From Verrucomicrobiota bacterium (GTDB taxonomy: Bacteria > Verrucomicrobiota > Verrucomicrobiia > Chthoniobacterales > JACTMZ01): a stretch of 35,369 bases of DNA. Shown here piece after piece: positions 1-8,509 of the stretch; within the stretch, counting starts at the first letter, position 1, and each line of letters opens with the position of its first letter. Position numbers and translations under genes: made by a program. Location of the stretch: NCBI GenBank assembly GCA_041177245.1, contig JBEDBL010000002.1:1-35369 (forward strand), in the 5' to 3' direction. A model generated the notes under the pieces. The model was not told the DNA's origin and searched no databases. It worked only from the letters and a program-made list of their open reading frames with translations.

Positions 1-449
1 AGATGCCGGGCCAACCGCAGGACGAAGCGGTTCGCGTCGGTCGCGCTGATGGAAAACTGCCACTTCGGCAAACCGAACCGCCTGGTAAGCTCCTGCCCCA
101 CCCAAGTTGAGTCGGCGCTCGGAAGCATCACTGTCGAACCGCGATTCAACTGTGCGGTAATCGCCGAGGTAATCTCATCGACCGCGTGCCCGGTCATGGC
201 CCCGGTGTCACCCAGACAAAAATCGGTGTAGCAGTGGCCGTCGACATCGACGAATTTTGCACCGCGCGCTTCTGTCACCGAAATCGGAAACGCACCCGGC
301 CACCGCTTCATCCAAGGCATCGGCACACCACCAAGCAAAGAACCGTCCGCTGCTTTGGCCGCGGCCAGCGATTTCGGATGCGACTCGACGAACCTCGCCT
401 CCTCGCTGGCAATGCGCTGTGCGAGTATATTGCGATCTATTGCGCTCAT
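1..449 (-). CDS. Class-III PLP-dependent aminotransferase (glutamate-1-semialdehyde aminomutase-like), N-terminal part only; gene continues beyond the left edge
   Basis: Absent from the ORF track because it has no stop in the window. The reverse complement of 1-449 is open from the ATG at 449-447: MSAIDRNILAQRIASEEARFVESHPKSLAAAKAADGSLLGGVPMPWMKRWPGAFPISVTEARGAKFVDVDGHCYTDFCLGDTGAMTGHAVDEITSAITAQLNRGSTVMLPS... The F.D.DG..Y.DF..G block is typical of class-III aminotransferase N-termini. Confidence 0.8.
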   Translation of the reverse strand, partial: MSAIDRNILAQRIASEEARFVESHPKSLAAAKAADGSLLGGVPMPWMKRWPGAFPISVTEARGAKFVDVDGHCYTDFCLGDTGAMTGHAVDEITSAITAQLNRGSTVMLPSADSTWVGQELTRRFGLPKWQFSISATDANRFVLRLARH

Positions 450-511
450 TCGTGACTCTTATGCATTGTGCCGAATTCTGCGGATAATTTAAACTAGGCG
501 CAAGATGCAGG

Positions 512-1114
512 TCAGCAAGCGGCCCGGTGAGTTTTCGGGCGCAGGATGGCTGGAAGATAGAGCGGATGGACCGGGGTGCCATCCTTGGCCAATCGAAGAT
601 GGCAAAGCCCAGGGTGCCGCTGAAGCAGGGCGACAACTTCTGCTCCTCGAGCGCGCAACGCCTTCGGTGGTTGCCCGTAGGCCAGCACGACGGTTTTCGC
701 TTCCGCCGCCATCTCCAGGATCATCCGGTCGTTTTTCGGACCCACCGGATCGTCCACTTCCAGCAGTCGTCTTTTGTCCGTGGCGCGATAAGCATGGACG
801 TTTCCGACGAGTTGGCCCCCGTAGCCCCAAGCGCGCGCGAACGTCCCGGTCTTTCGGAGCGTCGGGTCGCTGTAATCAATGCAGGCCACACTGGGATTCA
901 TGAGAAGCCACAGGACAAGCGGAGCGCCGGGATTCCATATCTCCCTGAGCTGATAGCGGTATTGTTGGCAGTCCGAAAACACAACGCTGACCGCGGAGTC
1001 CGGCGGCCACGCCGGTCGGGATTTTCCTCCCGCATCATGTTGTTGGACGACGCGTAGTGATTCGGCGCGACCGGGCGAAAATCCAAATAATGAAGCCGGG
1101 GATGCGCTTTCCAT
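512..1114 (-). CDS. DUF1643 domain-containing protein
   Basis: 200-aa ORF with an ATG start at 1114-1112. The core YRYQLREIWNPGAPLVLWLLMNPSVACIDYSDPTLRKTGTFARAWGYGGQLVGNVHAYRATD...VGPKND matches the DUF1643 pattern as I recall it (RY.L.R.W...LNPS.AD...DPT.R.c..fA...GYG...NLFA.R). About 40 extra N-terminal residues. Confidence 0.75.
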   Translation of the reverse strand: MESASPASLFGFSPGRAESLRVVQQHDAGGKSRPAWPPDSAVSVVFSDCQQYRYQLREIWNPGAPLVLWLLMNPSVACIDYSDPTLRKTGTFARAWGYGGQLVGNVHAYRATDKRRLLEVDDPVGPKNDRMILEMAAEAKTVVLAYGQPPKALRARGAEVVALLQRHPGLCHLRLAKDGTPVHPLYLPAILRPKTHRAAC

Positions 1115-1283
1115 GATTTAGACGGAGAATTTCACCAATCCGTCTCGTTTTAAAGTCGTGAAGATTCCCGAACCCGCCGATCGGGCCTCCGCCACCGCTC
1201 GCACGTCTGTAGAAATTTCCCGCGGGGTGAACGTTGATTATCTGCCTATTTTGCAACGCGGCCTGCCGCCACGACGGCGAAGC

Positions 1284-1601
1284 TCAGTCCAAATGAAACA
1301 CCTCGCGCAGGGAAGCAGCCACCGGGCTGTTGTCCGGATTCGAAGGCATGATATCACCCATGTGCTTCCACCATTTTTGGCAGACCTCCGTCGAGGCGAT
1401 GGCCGCCCACAGCTCCTCGCTTTCAATTTCGGCGTAGCCGAAGAGTTGTCGCGTTTCCGGATGCAGGAAGATCGAGTAGTTCGAAACGCCGTGGTCTTTG
1501 AGCGCCTTTTCCAACTCTGCCCAGATGGGGTTGTGGCGTTTCTCGTATTCCTCCTCCGCGCCGGCCTTGACCGACATGACGAATGCTTTGCGGATTTTCA
1601 T
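1284..1601 (-). CDS. rhaM: L-rhamnose mutarotase
   Basis: 105 aa with an ATG start. [85 protein letters not shown] is a full-length RhaM-family sequence of the right size, with the EY..RH..IWPEL and W...M motifs. Confidence 0.9.
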   Translation of the reverse strand: MKIRKAFVMSVKAGAEEEYEKRHNPIWAELEKALKDHGVSNYSIFLHPETRQLFGYAEIESEELWAAIASTEVCQKWWKHMGDIMPSNPDNSPVAASLREVFHLD

Positions 1602-1659
1602 GATATTTCAGCGATCACATCGAGCTGCGTGCCGCTGATTTTTTAACCAAGGCGCAAGG

Positions 1660-1849
1660 TCACTTCGACCAGTCCTCCCAAGCCAACCCCTCGATGGACC
1701 GAAAATCCCGGACGTTCAGCGTAGCCACAGTCAGACGATGGACAAGGGCGACCGCGCTTGCTGACGAGCACAGGCGTGCGCGAGGTGGCCACGCTTTCGC
1801 ACAGAGCGGGAAAGCGCGTCTTGGCCTCGAAAATTCCAATGGTTTTAAC
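1660..1849 (-). pseudogene. Decayed type II toxin-antitoxin module: Phd/YefM-like antitoxin N-terminus joined out of frame to the last ~29 codons of a VapC/PIN toxin
   Basis: One frame reads (V)KTIGIFEAKTRFPALCESVATSRTPVLVSKRGRP at about 1849-1745, a Phd/YefM-type N-terminus whose expected Met codon is GTT. A second frame reads AVALVHRLTVATLNVRDFRSIEGLAWEDWSK* at 1749-1660, a PIN/VapC C-terminal motif (..T.N.RDF..I.GL). The antitoxin C-terminus and the toxin N-terminus are both missing. Confidence 0.55.
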
Positions 1850-1880
1850 GGCACGAACAGACCAGCTGGTTGGCTGTTTT

Positions 1881-1943
1881 TCAAGGATGGTTCTCGCCCC
1901 CGGCATGGACCGACATGGCGGCGAATGCCTTGCGTATTTTCAT
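1881..1943 (-). pseudogene. 5' fragment of a second L-rhamnose mutarotase gene (20 codons, then a stop)
   Basis: The minus strand reads ATGAAAATACGCAAGGCATTCGCCGCCATGTCGGTCCATGCCGGGGGCGAGAACCATCCTTGA = MKIRKAFAAMSVHAGGENHP*. This aligns with the start of the intact rhaM at 1601 (ATGAAAATCCGCAAAGCATTCGTCATGTCGGTCAAGGCCGGCGCGGAG = [16 protein letters not shown]). Confidence 0.5.
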
Positions 1944-2089
1944 GATTTTGCTTTGGAGGCCGGGAACTCCGGAACATATTCGCGCTGCGGGTTTGCACGG
2001 TTGAGAACCAGAAAAGACGCCCCCTCCCGCACTTGCTCCTCGATCTCCGACCAATGGGCCTTCATTTCACAGATAGAAACGGCATTCAT
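1940..2089 (-). CDS. Short Phd/YefM-like antitoxin (N-terminal domain only; possibly also a remnant)
   Basis: An internal ATG in the 80-aa ORF gives MNAVSICEMKAHWSEIEEQVREGASFLVLNRANPQREYVPEFPASKAKS. The pattern M..V.I.E.K...SE....V..G....V..R..P fits prevent-host-death antitoxins. Its TGA stop overlaps the ATG of the rhaM fragment (ATGA). No partner toxin follows. Confidence 0.45.
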   Translation of the reverse strand: MNAVSICEMKAHWSEIEEQVREGASFLVLNRANPQREYVPEFPASKAKS

Positions 2090-2184
2090 CTGCTGGGCTG
2101 GATTCACGGTCTTTCCGGAAAGTTCTTCCACCACCGCGTTCGCTTTGGATATGACCAGTGACCCAACCGCTTCCTGAAGCAATT

Positions 2185-2988
2185 ATGCGCATCATCCGTT
2201 ACCAAGACCCGCAGGGCGCCGTTCACTACGGCTCCGAGAAACCCGATGGCTCCGCCATGCGTTGCACCGGCGACATTTACTCCGGGCTGCACGAGACGAT
2301 GGAACCTGCGCACGTTGCCAAACTCCTCGCCCCGGTCGCTCCGAGTCAGATTCTCTGCATCGGCCTCAACTACAGCCGCCACGCCGCGGAGTCCGGCATG
2401 AATCCGCCGGAGCGGCCGGTGCTTTTCCTCAAAGGCATCAACACGGTGCAAAATCCCGGCGACCCGATCGAAATCCCGGTCAAAGGCGCGAGCACCGAGG
2501 TGGATTACGAATGCGAACTCGTGGCGGTCATCGGCAAGACCTGTAAAAATGCCACCGCGGCCAATGCTTTGTCCCACGTGCTCGGCTACACCTGCGGCAA
2601 CGACGTCTCCGCGCGCGACTGGCAGATCAAATGGGGCAGCGGCCAATGGGCGCGCGGCAAAACCTTCGACACATTTTGTCCACTCGGCCCGTGCCTCGTC
2701 ACGGCCGACGAAATCCCCGATCCGCAAACGCTCGGAATACGCACCATCGTCAACGGCGAGACCGTGCAAGACTGGACCACAAAGGACATGATCTTCAGCG
2801 TGGCGCGCCTCATCGAATTCCTCAGCGCGAGCAACACCTTGCCCGCCGGCACGGTCATCCTCACCGGCACCCCGCACGGAGTCGGCATGGCCGCCAAGCC
2901 TCCGCGCTGGCTCAAGCCCGGAGACAACGTCACCGTCGAGATTGACCGTATTGGAAAGCTGAGCAATCCCGTGGCGCTGGAGTGCTGA
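2185..2988 (+). CDS. Fumarylacetoacetate hydrolase (FAH) family protein; candidate 2,4-diketo-3-deoxy-L-rhamnonate/fuconate hydrolase
   Basis: The ORF track starts at GTG 2158; I prefer ATG 2185 (MRIIRYQD...). FAH-family hallmarks are present: ILCIGLNYSRHAAE, VDYECELVAVIGK, GYTCGNDVSARDWQ, GKTFDTFCPLGP and GTVILTGTPHGVG. The pathway assignment comes from context only (adjacent rhaM). Confidence 0.85.
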   Translation: MRIIRYQDPQGAVHYGSEKPDGSAMRCTGDIYSGLHETMEPAHVAKLLAPVAPSQILCIGLNYSRHAAESGMNPPERPVLFLKGINTVQNPGDPIEIPVKGASTEVDYECELVAVIGKTCKNATAANALSHVLGYTCGNDVSARDWQIKWGSGQWARGKTFDTFCPLGPCLVTADEIPDPQTLGIRTIVNGETVQDWTTKDMIFSVARLIEFLSASNTLPAGTVILTGTPHGVGMAAKPPRWLKPGDNVTVEIDRIGKLSNPVALEC

Positions 2989-3057
2989 GCCGGAAAGCGC
3001 TCCTGCTCATTTTTGTAGCCGGAAAGCACATGGACACCTGGCTTCTCCGGTAGTTGG

Positions 3058-4518
3058 ATGGTGCCCAGACCCATCTTCAGGATCATGCAGAACCCGCATC
3101 CCCTTCGCGTCGGACTTTTCGGTATCGGACTCGAGGCCTATTGGCCGCAGTTCGAAGGTCTCAAACCCAAACTCGAAGGCTACCTCTCGCAGGTCGCGGG
3201 GAAACTCGGCCGACCCGGTGTCGAGGTCTGCGACCTCGGACTGGTGGACTCTCCTGAGAAAGCGATGGAAGCCGGGCATGCCATGCGGCGCGCGGACGTC
3301 GACATCATTTTCCTGCATGTCACGACCTACGCGCTCAGTTCGACAGTGCTGCCCGTGGTGCAGCGCGCGAAGGTGCCGGTGATCATTCTCAACCTGCAAC
3401 CGGTCGCCGCGCTCGACTACAAATCATTCAACAAGATGGGTGACCGCACCAAGATGACCGGCGAATGGCTGGCCCATTGCGGCGCCTGTCCGGTGCCGGA
3501 AATCGCCAACGTCTTCAACCGCGCGCGCATCGGATTCCACCAGGTGACGGGGACATTGCAACCCAGCGACTCCGCTTGGCGCGAGATCGACGATTGGATC
3601 GAGGCGGCGCGCGTGGCCAACGTCATGGCGCACAACCGCCTCGGACTGATGGGCCACTACTACAACGGCATGCTCGATATCCACACGGATACCACGCGCC
3701 AAGTCGCGTATTTTGGCGGACACCTCGAGATCGTCGAAGTCGAGGAACTCGCCGCAATGCGCCGCGGAGTCACCGCCGCAGAAACGCAAGCCAAGCTCGC
3801 CGAATTCCGCCAATCCTTCGACATCCAACCCGATTGCGCCCCGGTCGAACTCGAACGCGCGGCGCGCACTTCGGTGGCTTTGGACAAACTTGTTGCTGCG
3901 AAAAAACTCGGTTCGCTCGCTTACTACCACATGGGCACGGGCAACGACGAACACGAGGACGTAATGAGCTCGGTCATCCTCGGCAACTCGCTGCTTACCG
4001 CGCGCGGGATTCCCGTGGCCGGGGAATACGAGGTGAAAAATGCGCAGGCCATGAAAATCACAGACAGCTTCGGCGCGGGCGGTTCGTTCACCGAATACTA
4101 CGCCATGGATTTCGACGATGATGTCGTCCTCATGGGCCACGATGGTCCGGGCCACATCAAGATCGCTTCGGGCAAAACCAAAGTTCGTCCGCTGGAAGTC
4201 TATCACGGCAAAGTGGGCAAAGGACTCTCTGTCGAGATGAGCGTGCGGCACGGACCGGTCACGCTCCTCTCCGTAGTCGAATATGCCGACGGCTCGCTCA
4301 AGCTGCTCGTGGCCGAAGGCGAGTCTGTGCCCGGACCGATTCTCGAAATAGGCAATACGAACAGCCGCTACCGCTTTCCCATCGGCGCGCGCGCTTTTGC
4401 CGAGCGCTGGAACGAACAAGGCCCCGCGCACCACTGCGCCGTCGGCGTCGGTCACCTCTCGGATCGCATCACCAAGCTCGGCGCCCTGCTTTCCATGGAT
4501 GTCGTGCGCGTCTGTTAA
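3058..4518 (+). CDS. L-arabinose/L-fucose isomerase family protein
   Basis: 486 aa with an ATG at 3058; an alternative ATG at 3085 gives MQNPHPLRVGLFGIGL. AraA-like blocks: RVGLFGIGLEAYW, IIFLHVTTYA, GIPVAGEYEVKNAQAMKI (compare GEGDWKTA in AraA), SFTEYYAMDF, LMGHDGPGH and GPAHHCAVGVGH (compare GGAHH). Confidence 0.8.
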   Translation: MVPRPIFRIMQNPHPLRVGLFGIGLEAYWPQFEGLKPKLEGYLSQVAGKLGRPGVEVCDLGLVDSPEKAMEAGHAMRRADVDIIFLHVTTYALSSTVLPVVQRAKVPVIILNLQPVAALDYKSFNKMGDRTKMTGEWLAHCGACPVPEIANVFNRARIGFHQVTGTLQPSDSAWREIDDWIEAARVANVMAHNRLGLMGHYYNGMLDIHTDTTRQVAYFGGHLEIVEVEELAAMRRGVTAAETQAKLAEFRQSFDIQPDCAPVELERAARTSVALDKLVAAKKLGSLAYYHMGTGNDEHEDVMSSVILGNSLLTARGIPVAGEYEVKNAQAMKITDSFGAGGSFTEYYAMDFDDDVVLMGHDGPGHIKIASGKTKVRPLEVYHGKVGKGLSVEMSVRHGPVTLLSVVEYADGSLKLLVAEGESVPGPILEIGNTNSRYRFPIGARAFAERWNEQGPAHHCAVGVGHLSDRITKLGALLSMDVVRVC

Positions 4519-4705
4519 ACCAACCGCACCACACGCGCTCCCTCATTGTCTTTCGAATGCAGGCGACCGACAACCAACGCCCTACGAACCCCGTTCGCAA
4601 GAAAGTCCTCCATCTGAATTCATTAGGTCACCGGAGAGTCAACCTCGTCCCGCCGTCATCGCGGATCGCGCGCGACGAAACCCCAGCAGTCATGCTGAGC
4701 AAAGA

Positions 4706-7018
4706 TCAGTTCAAGTAAGCTGGACGGTAAACATCGACCGGTTTGCCCTGGGGCATACTGCGGAATCGCCTCCACGCGCCGCGCGTGGCGGGATCATTTT
4801 CGTCGGGCAGCGGGATCTCCTGCAGAGCCGTCTCGAAGCGCTTGCGGGCAGAGATGACTTCCGGGTCTGCAGACTCGCTCACGTCGCGGTATTCGTCACG
4901 GTTGGCCGCACCGCGGGTATCATAAAACCGCCCGCGGCCGTCGAGGAGCCAGTCTTTATCCCGCAACCAGCGCGCGTTGTTCATAGCCATCCGGATGGTC
5001 TCGCGTGGCGTGAAGGTTTCTCCGAGCAAATATGGGGCAAAACTGTGGCCGTCGGTGTTCATCGGTCCGCGATATCCCGCGAGTTGCGCGAAGGTCGGCC
5101 AGAAGTCGGTGAAGTCCACAAGCACGTCGCTGGAACCGCGGGGTCGCACCGGACCGCCACCCACCACCAAGGGAACGCGGATGCCGTTGTCGCGATCGTA
5201 GCTGTTCTTGTCCATGACAGCGTTGCGACCGCGGATGTCGGCCGTGCCGTTGTCGGAGGCGAAGAAGATGACGGTGTCCCTCGATCGTCCCTGCTTGGCC
5301 AAGCTTTCACGGAGACGTCCGAGCAGGTGGTCGAGGTAATGCATGTTTGAAGCGAGCGTTCCGGGCACCTTGCCGCCGGTCGGTTGGCCTTGTTTGTCCA
5401 GCTCCGGCACATCGGTGTAATACCAGCGTCCCTCGGGCGAACCGTCCACCTCCTCGTGCGCCTTGTGCGGGAGATTGGTTGCCCAGTAGGCGATGAACGG
5501 TTTGTCGCGCTCGGTTGCGGCGAATCCCAGCAAATGCTGCAGCTCCAGTTCAGGCCCGAAGTCCTCCGGCGTAGTCGGCACACCTTTGCCGTTGCGAACC
5601 AGACCCGGGTGCCAATACCAAGAGACGCCATACATGTCGTTCCGGTCAGGCGACCAATGGTTTTGCCGAGGTCCATTGTGTCCCGGCCAATACCATGCAA
5701 TCAGCCAGTCATCTGCGCCCAACACACCCGCATCGGGACCGTCCCCCGGGTGTTTTTTGCCGATCATGCTGGTGGCGTAACCAGCCTCCTTCATCATCTT
5801 GAGCACCGGCAGATGCCGCGGATCTTCCCAAAATGGCACTTCGGGGCAGACCGGGTTCTCGTAGTAGCCGGTGTGGTGCGGGTATTTGCCAGTCATCATC
5901 ATGGCGCGGGACGGGGCGCACACGGGCGTGGACCACGCATTCCGGAAAAGCACGCCGCCGTCAGCCAACTTCTGCAGGTTGGGCATGGTAATCGACCCGC
6001 CGTAGGGCGACAGTTCGTCGGCCGAAACATCGTCGGCGAGAATGAAGACGATATTGGGAGGACGTGCTTCGGTCAGGTTACGTTCGCCGTCGTCGCGGAC
6101 TGCGCGCTGCGACCGAGGGTTGAAAACATTTCCATTCAGCAGGTTGTCATCGGCGAAATCGTGGTTGTCGGCACTACTCCCGAAGCTGTAGCCGGCGTCG
6201 GCTTCGCAGTAGTTGCGACGTCCTTGGCGCGAACCGAGCCAGATGCCGTAACTGCCCGGGCGCGATCCGGAGAGATCGAAGGTATTGTTCTCGATGCGGT
6301 TTTCACGCGGCGCTTGATGGCGGACCGTGCCTCCTTCGCCGCAGTTGCGATAAAGGTAGATGCCGCCGAAGGCGGCGCGGACGAAGCGATTTCCCTCGAT
6401 GATGTTGCGCGCTGATCCATCGACGGCGATGACTTCGCGTGCAGCGCGAGTGTCGAACGTGCAGTTTTCGATCGTGTTCTCAGCGCTTTCCGCGTCGAGA
6501 TAGAGGACCGTGGAGGCGGACCAGCCGGTGAATCTGCAATTCTTGACAGTCACTCCCGTGACACCGGGACCTAGATAGAGAGGGATGCGGTGGTTTGCCT
6601 CGATTTGCATATTTTCGAGAACGATCTGCCGCGGTGCCGCCGCTTGGGCGCGCTCCGTATGACCTTCGCGCACAGAGGAGTTGCGCACCCGCGCAGCCTC
6701 GCCGTTGATTCCGAGGCCGAAGATGCGGATCGCTCCGCGCAGGCGTCCGTTGCGGATGGTGATGCGTTCCGGCACGTCCCAGCCACGACGTTTTTCCTCC
6801 GAGCGGATAACGATCTCCGTCGGCTTCCCTTCATTGAACCATCCGCCCTGCAAATCGATAAAGGTGCCGCTGGCGCCGCTGCCGGCAAGAACCACCTGTT
6901 CAAGACGCGGCGACGGAGCGAGCAGTCTCAGGAGGGTCGAAGGCGCGAAATAGAACCACAAGGCTACGGTCGCGCTCGCCAGAAGCAAAACGACGGCCGT
7001 CCCAAGTTTGAAGGACAT
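4706..7018 (-). CDS. Membrane-anchored or secreted fusion protein: N-terminal right-handed parallel beta-helix region plus C-terminal formylglycine-dependent (type I) sulfatase
   Basis: 770 aa with an ATG start and a hydrophobic N-terminus (MSFKLGTAVVLLLASATVALWFYF). PbH1-like repeats occur in the N-terminal part (VTVKNCRFTG, NTIENCTFD, NIIEGNRFV, NRIENNTFD, LLNGNVFN). The sulfatase domain starts at PPNIVFILADDVSADEL (about 6061 downward). The C-x-P-x-R signature PVCAPSRAMMMTGKYP has CAPSR encoded at 5906-5920. LPHKAH and FFASDNG blocks are also present. Confidence 0.9.
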   Translation of the reverse strand: MSFKLGTAVVLLLASATVALWFYFAPSTLLRLLAPSPRLEQVVLAGSGASGTFIDLQGGWFNEGKPTEIVIRSEEKRRGWDVPERITIRNGRLRGAIRIFGLGINGEAARVRNSSVREGHTERAQAAAPRQIVLENMQIEANHRIPLYLGPGVTGVTVKNCRFTGWSASTVLYLDAESAENTIENCTFDTRAAREVIAVDGSARNIIEGNRFVRAAFGGIYLYRNCGEGGTVRHQAPRENRIENNTFDLSGSRPGSYGIWLGSRQGRRNYCEADAGYSFGSSADNHDFADDNLLNGNVFNPRSQRAVRDDGERNLTEARPPNIVFILADDVSADELSPYGGSITMPNLQKLADGGVLFRNAWSTPVCAPSRAMMMTGKYPHHTGYYENPVCPEVPFWEDPRHLPVLKMMKEAGYATSMIGKKHPGDGPDAGVLGADDWLIAWYWPGHNGPRQNHWSPDRNDMYGVSWYWHPGLVRNGKGVPTTPEDFGPELELQHLLGFAATERDKPFIAYWATNLPHKAHEEVDGSPEGRWYYTDVPELDKQGQPTGGKVPGTLASNMHYLDHLLGRLRESLAKQGRSRDTVIFFASDNGTADIRGRNAVMDKNSYDRDNGIRVPLVVGGGPVRPRGSSDVLVDFTDFWPTFAQLAGYRGPMNTDGHSFAPYLLGETFTPRETIRMAMNNARWLRDKDWLLDGRGRFYDTRGAANRDEYRDVSESADPEVISARKRFETALQEIPLPDENDPATRGAWRRFRSMPQGKPVDVYRPAYLN

Positions 7019-7033
7019 GGCCCCCGACTTTAT

Positions 7034-8506
7034 CTAGGAGCGTTCCGCTCCGCCGCGCAGCGCGGCCACCCCGCTCAGATTGCTCCACGTGAAGCCGTAA
7101 ACCGCGACCACGATGAAACACGCGAGCGGGACGATGAAGCTGACCGACACATTGCTGATGTCGGCCACGTGGCCCATGAGTTTCGGCATGATGGCTCCGC
7201 CCATGATGGCCATGACGATGTAGGACGCGGCTTTCTTGGTCTTTGCGCCGAGGCCCGAGACACCGAGGGCGAAAATGGTCGGGAACATGATGGACATGAA
7301 GAAGTAGATGGCGAAGACGCCGACCACCGAGACCCATCCGGCTTTGGCCATGACCAGGAGGCAGAGGGCGACATTGATCAGGGCATACGTGCCGAGCACT
7401 TTGTGCGGCGCGATCTTCTTCACCACTCCCGCGCCGATGAAGCGGCCGGCAAGGAAGCAGGCGAAACCGAGCGAAGCGAGCGTGGACGCGGTCGCGTTGC
7501 TCACCGGCACCGGCGGTTGCGAGGTCATGTAGTTGATGAAATACGCGAAGATGCCCGACTGCGCCGCGACGTAAGCGAATTGCGCCAAAGTCGCGCCGGA
7601 AAAATGCGGATGCGCCCAGATGGATCCGATGCTCATGTCTTTCGCGCTGCGCACGACCCAAGGGGCGACCAAGACCACGAACAGGGCCGATACGCCGAGA
7701 AGCACCGGGAGAAAAAGATCCTGCGAAACTACCACGGCGATCGCCGAGGCGATCATGCCGATGGAGACACCGAGGACGGCCAGATTGAGCAAAAGCAAGA
7801 GCTTCGAAGCGCGCCCGGCATGCGGTTGGGCCGAGGACGACTGCTCGCCGTCTTTCGGCGCGGGCGTTTCCGCGCCGATCAGGTCCGGCATCGGCGCCTT
7901 GGCGAAGACGAAGGCAAGAAGGACGACCACGGCGGCGACCGCGGCGTAGGGAATCCAGAGCGTTTCGCTGCCGGTGCTCTTGCCACTGGCATCAGTGGAA
8001 TAAAAAAACATCGCACCAGCCATCGGCCCGAGGATCCAGCCGATGCCGTTGCAGGACTGCGCGAGATTGATGCGCGTGGCGGCATATTCGGGCGCGCCGA
8101 GCACTGTGGTGTAGGGATTGGCCACCGTTTCGAGGAAGGTCAGACCCGCAGCGATCAGGCAGACACCGAGCAGAAACGCCCAGAATTGCGCGATCTGCGT
8201 GGCCGGAATGAACCACAGACCTCCCGCCGCCACCATGAGGAGACCGGCGATGATTCCACCGCGATAGCCGAGCTTGGTCGCGATCCAGCCGGCGGGCAGC
8301 GCCATGAGGAAATATCCGAGATAATGGGCGAATTGCACCCAGGCGGACTGGGATAGAGTCAAACCCAACTCCTCTTGGAAATGCTTGTCCATCACATCGA
8401 TCATCCCGTTGCAGAATCCCCACAGCAGGAAGAGCGAGGAGACGAGCGCGAAGGTGACGAAATGATTTTTGCCGTCGGCGGTGGCGAAGATGCGGGGGGT
8501 ATTCAT
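7034..8506 (-). CDS. fucP: L-fucose:H+ symporter permease (MFS)
   Basis: 490 aa with an ATG start. The N-terminal FucP signature is FVTFALVSSLFLLWGFCNGMIDVMDKHFQEELGLTLSQSAWVQFAHYLGYFLMALPAG, followed by ETVANPYTTVLG...ATRINLAQSCNGIGWILGP. Twelve TM-like hydrophobic stretches. Confidence 0.9.
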   Translation of the reverse strand: MNTPRIFATADGKNHFVTFALVSSLFLLWGFCNGMIDVMDKHFQEELGLTLSQSAWVQFAHYLGYFLMALPAGWIATKLGYRGGIIAGLLMVAAGGLWFIPATQIAQFWAFLLGVCLIAAGLTFLETVANPYTTVLGAPEYAATRINLAQSCNGIGWILGPMAGAMFFYSTDASGKSTGSETLWIPYAAVAAVVVLLAFVFAKAPMPDLIGAETPAPKDGEQSSSAQPHAGRASKLLLLLNLAVLGVSIGMIASAIAVVVSQDLFLPVLLGVSALFVVLVAPWVVRSAKDMSIGSIWAHPHFSGATLAQFAYVAAQSGIFAYFINYMTSQPPVPVSNATASTLASLGFACFLAGRFIGAGVVKKIAPHKVLGTYALINVALCLLVMAKAGWVSVVGVFAIYFFMSIMFPTIFALGVSGLGAKTKKAASYIVMAIMGGAIMPKLMGHVADISNVSVSFIVPLACFIVVAVYGFTWSNLSGVAALRGGAERS

Positions 8507-8509
8507 CGG

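Noticed and set aside
1120-1145. 7-bp stem hairpin AGACGGA-N12-TCCGTCT followed by CGTTTT on the plus strand, 5 nt from the DUF1643 start codon; considered as a terminator.
   Set aside because: There is no plus-strand gene upstream for it to terminate. In the minus orientation, downstream of rhaM, no U-tract follows the stem. It may influence DUF1643 translation initiation, but I cannot support a terminator call.
6590-8356. Very long ORFs antisense to confidently assigned genes. Examples: 6590-8356 (+, 588 aa), 8375-9676 (+, 433 aa), 11316-12692 (+, 458 aa), 12744-13778 (+), 18310-19971 (+, 553 aa), 24407-25852 (+, 481 aa), 3424-4455 (-), 5384-6415 (+), 17231-18442 (+) and 2104-2877 (-).
   Set aside because: Their translations are Arg/Gly/Asp/His-rich and low in complexity, with no motifs. 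Each lies opposite a gene with clear family signatures. Long spurious antisense ORFs are expected in GC-rich DNA because stop codons are rare.
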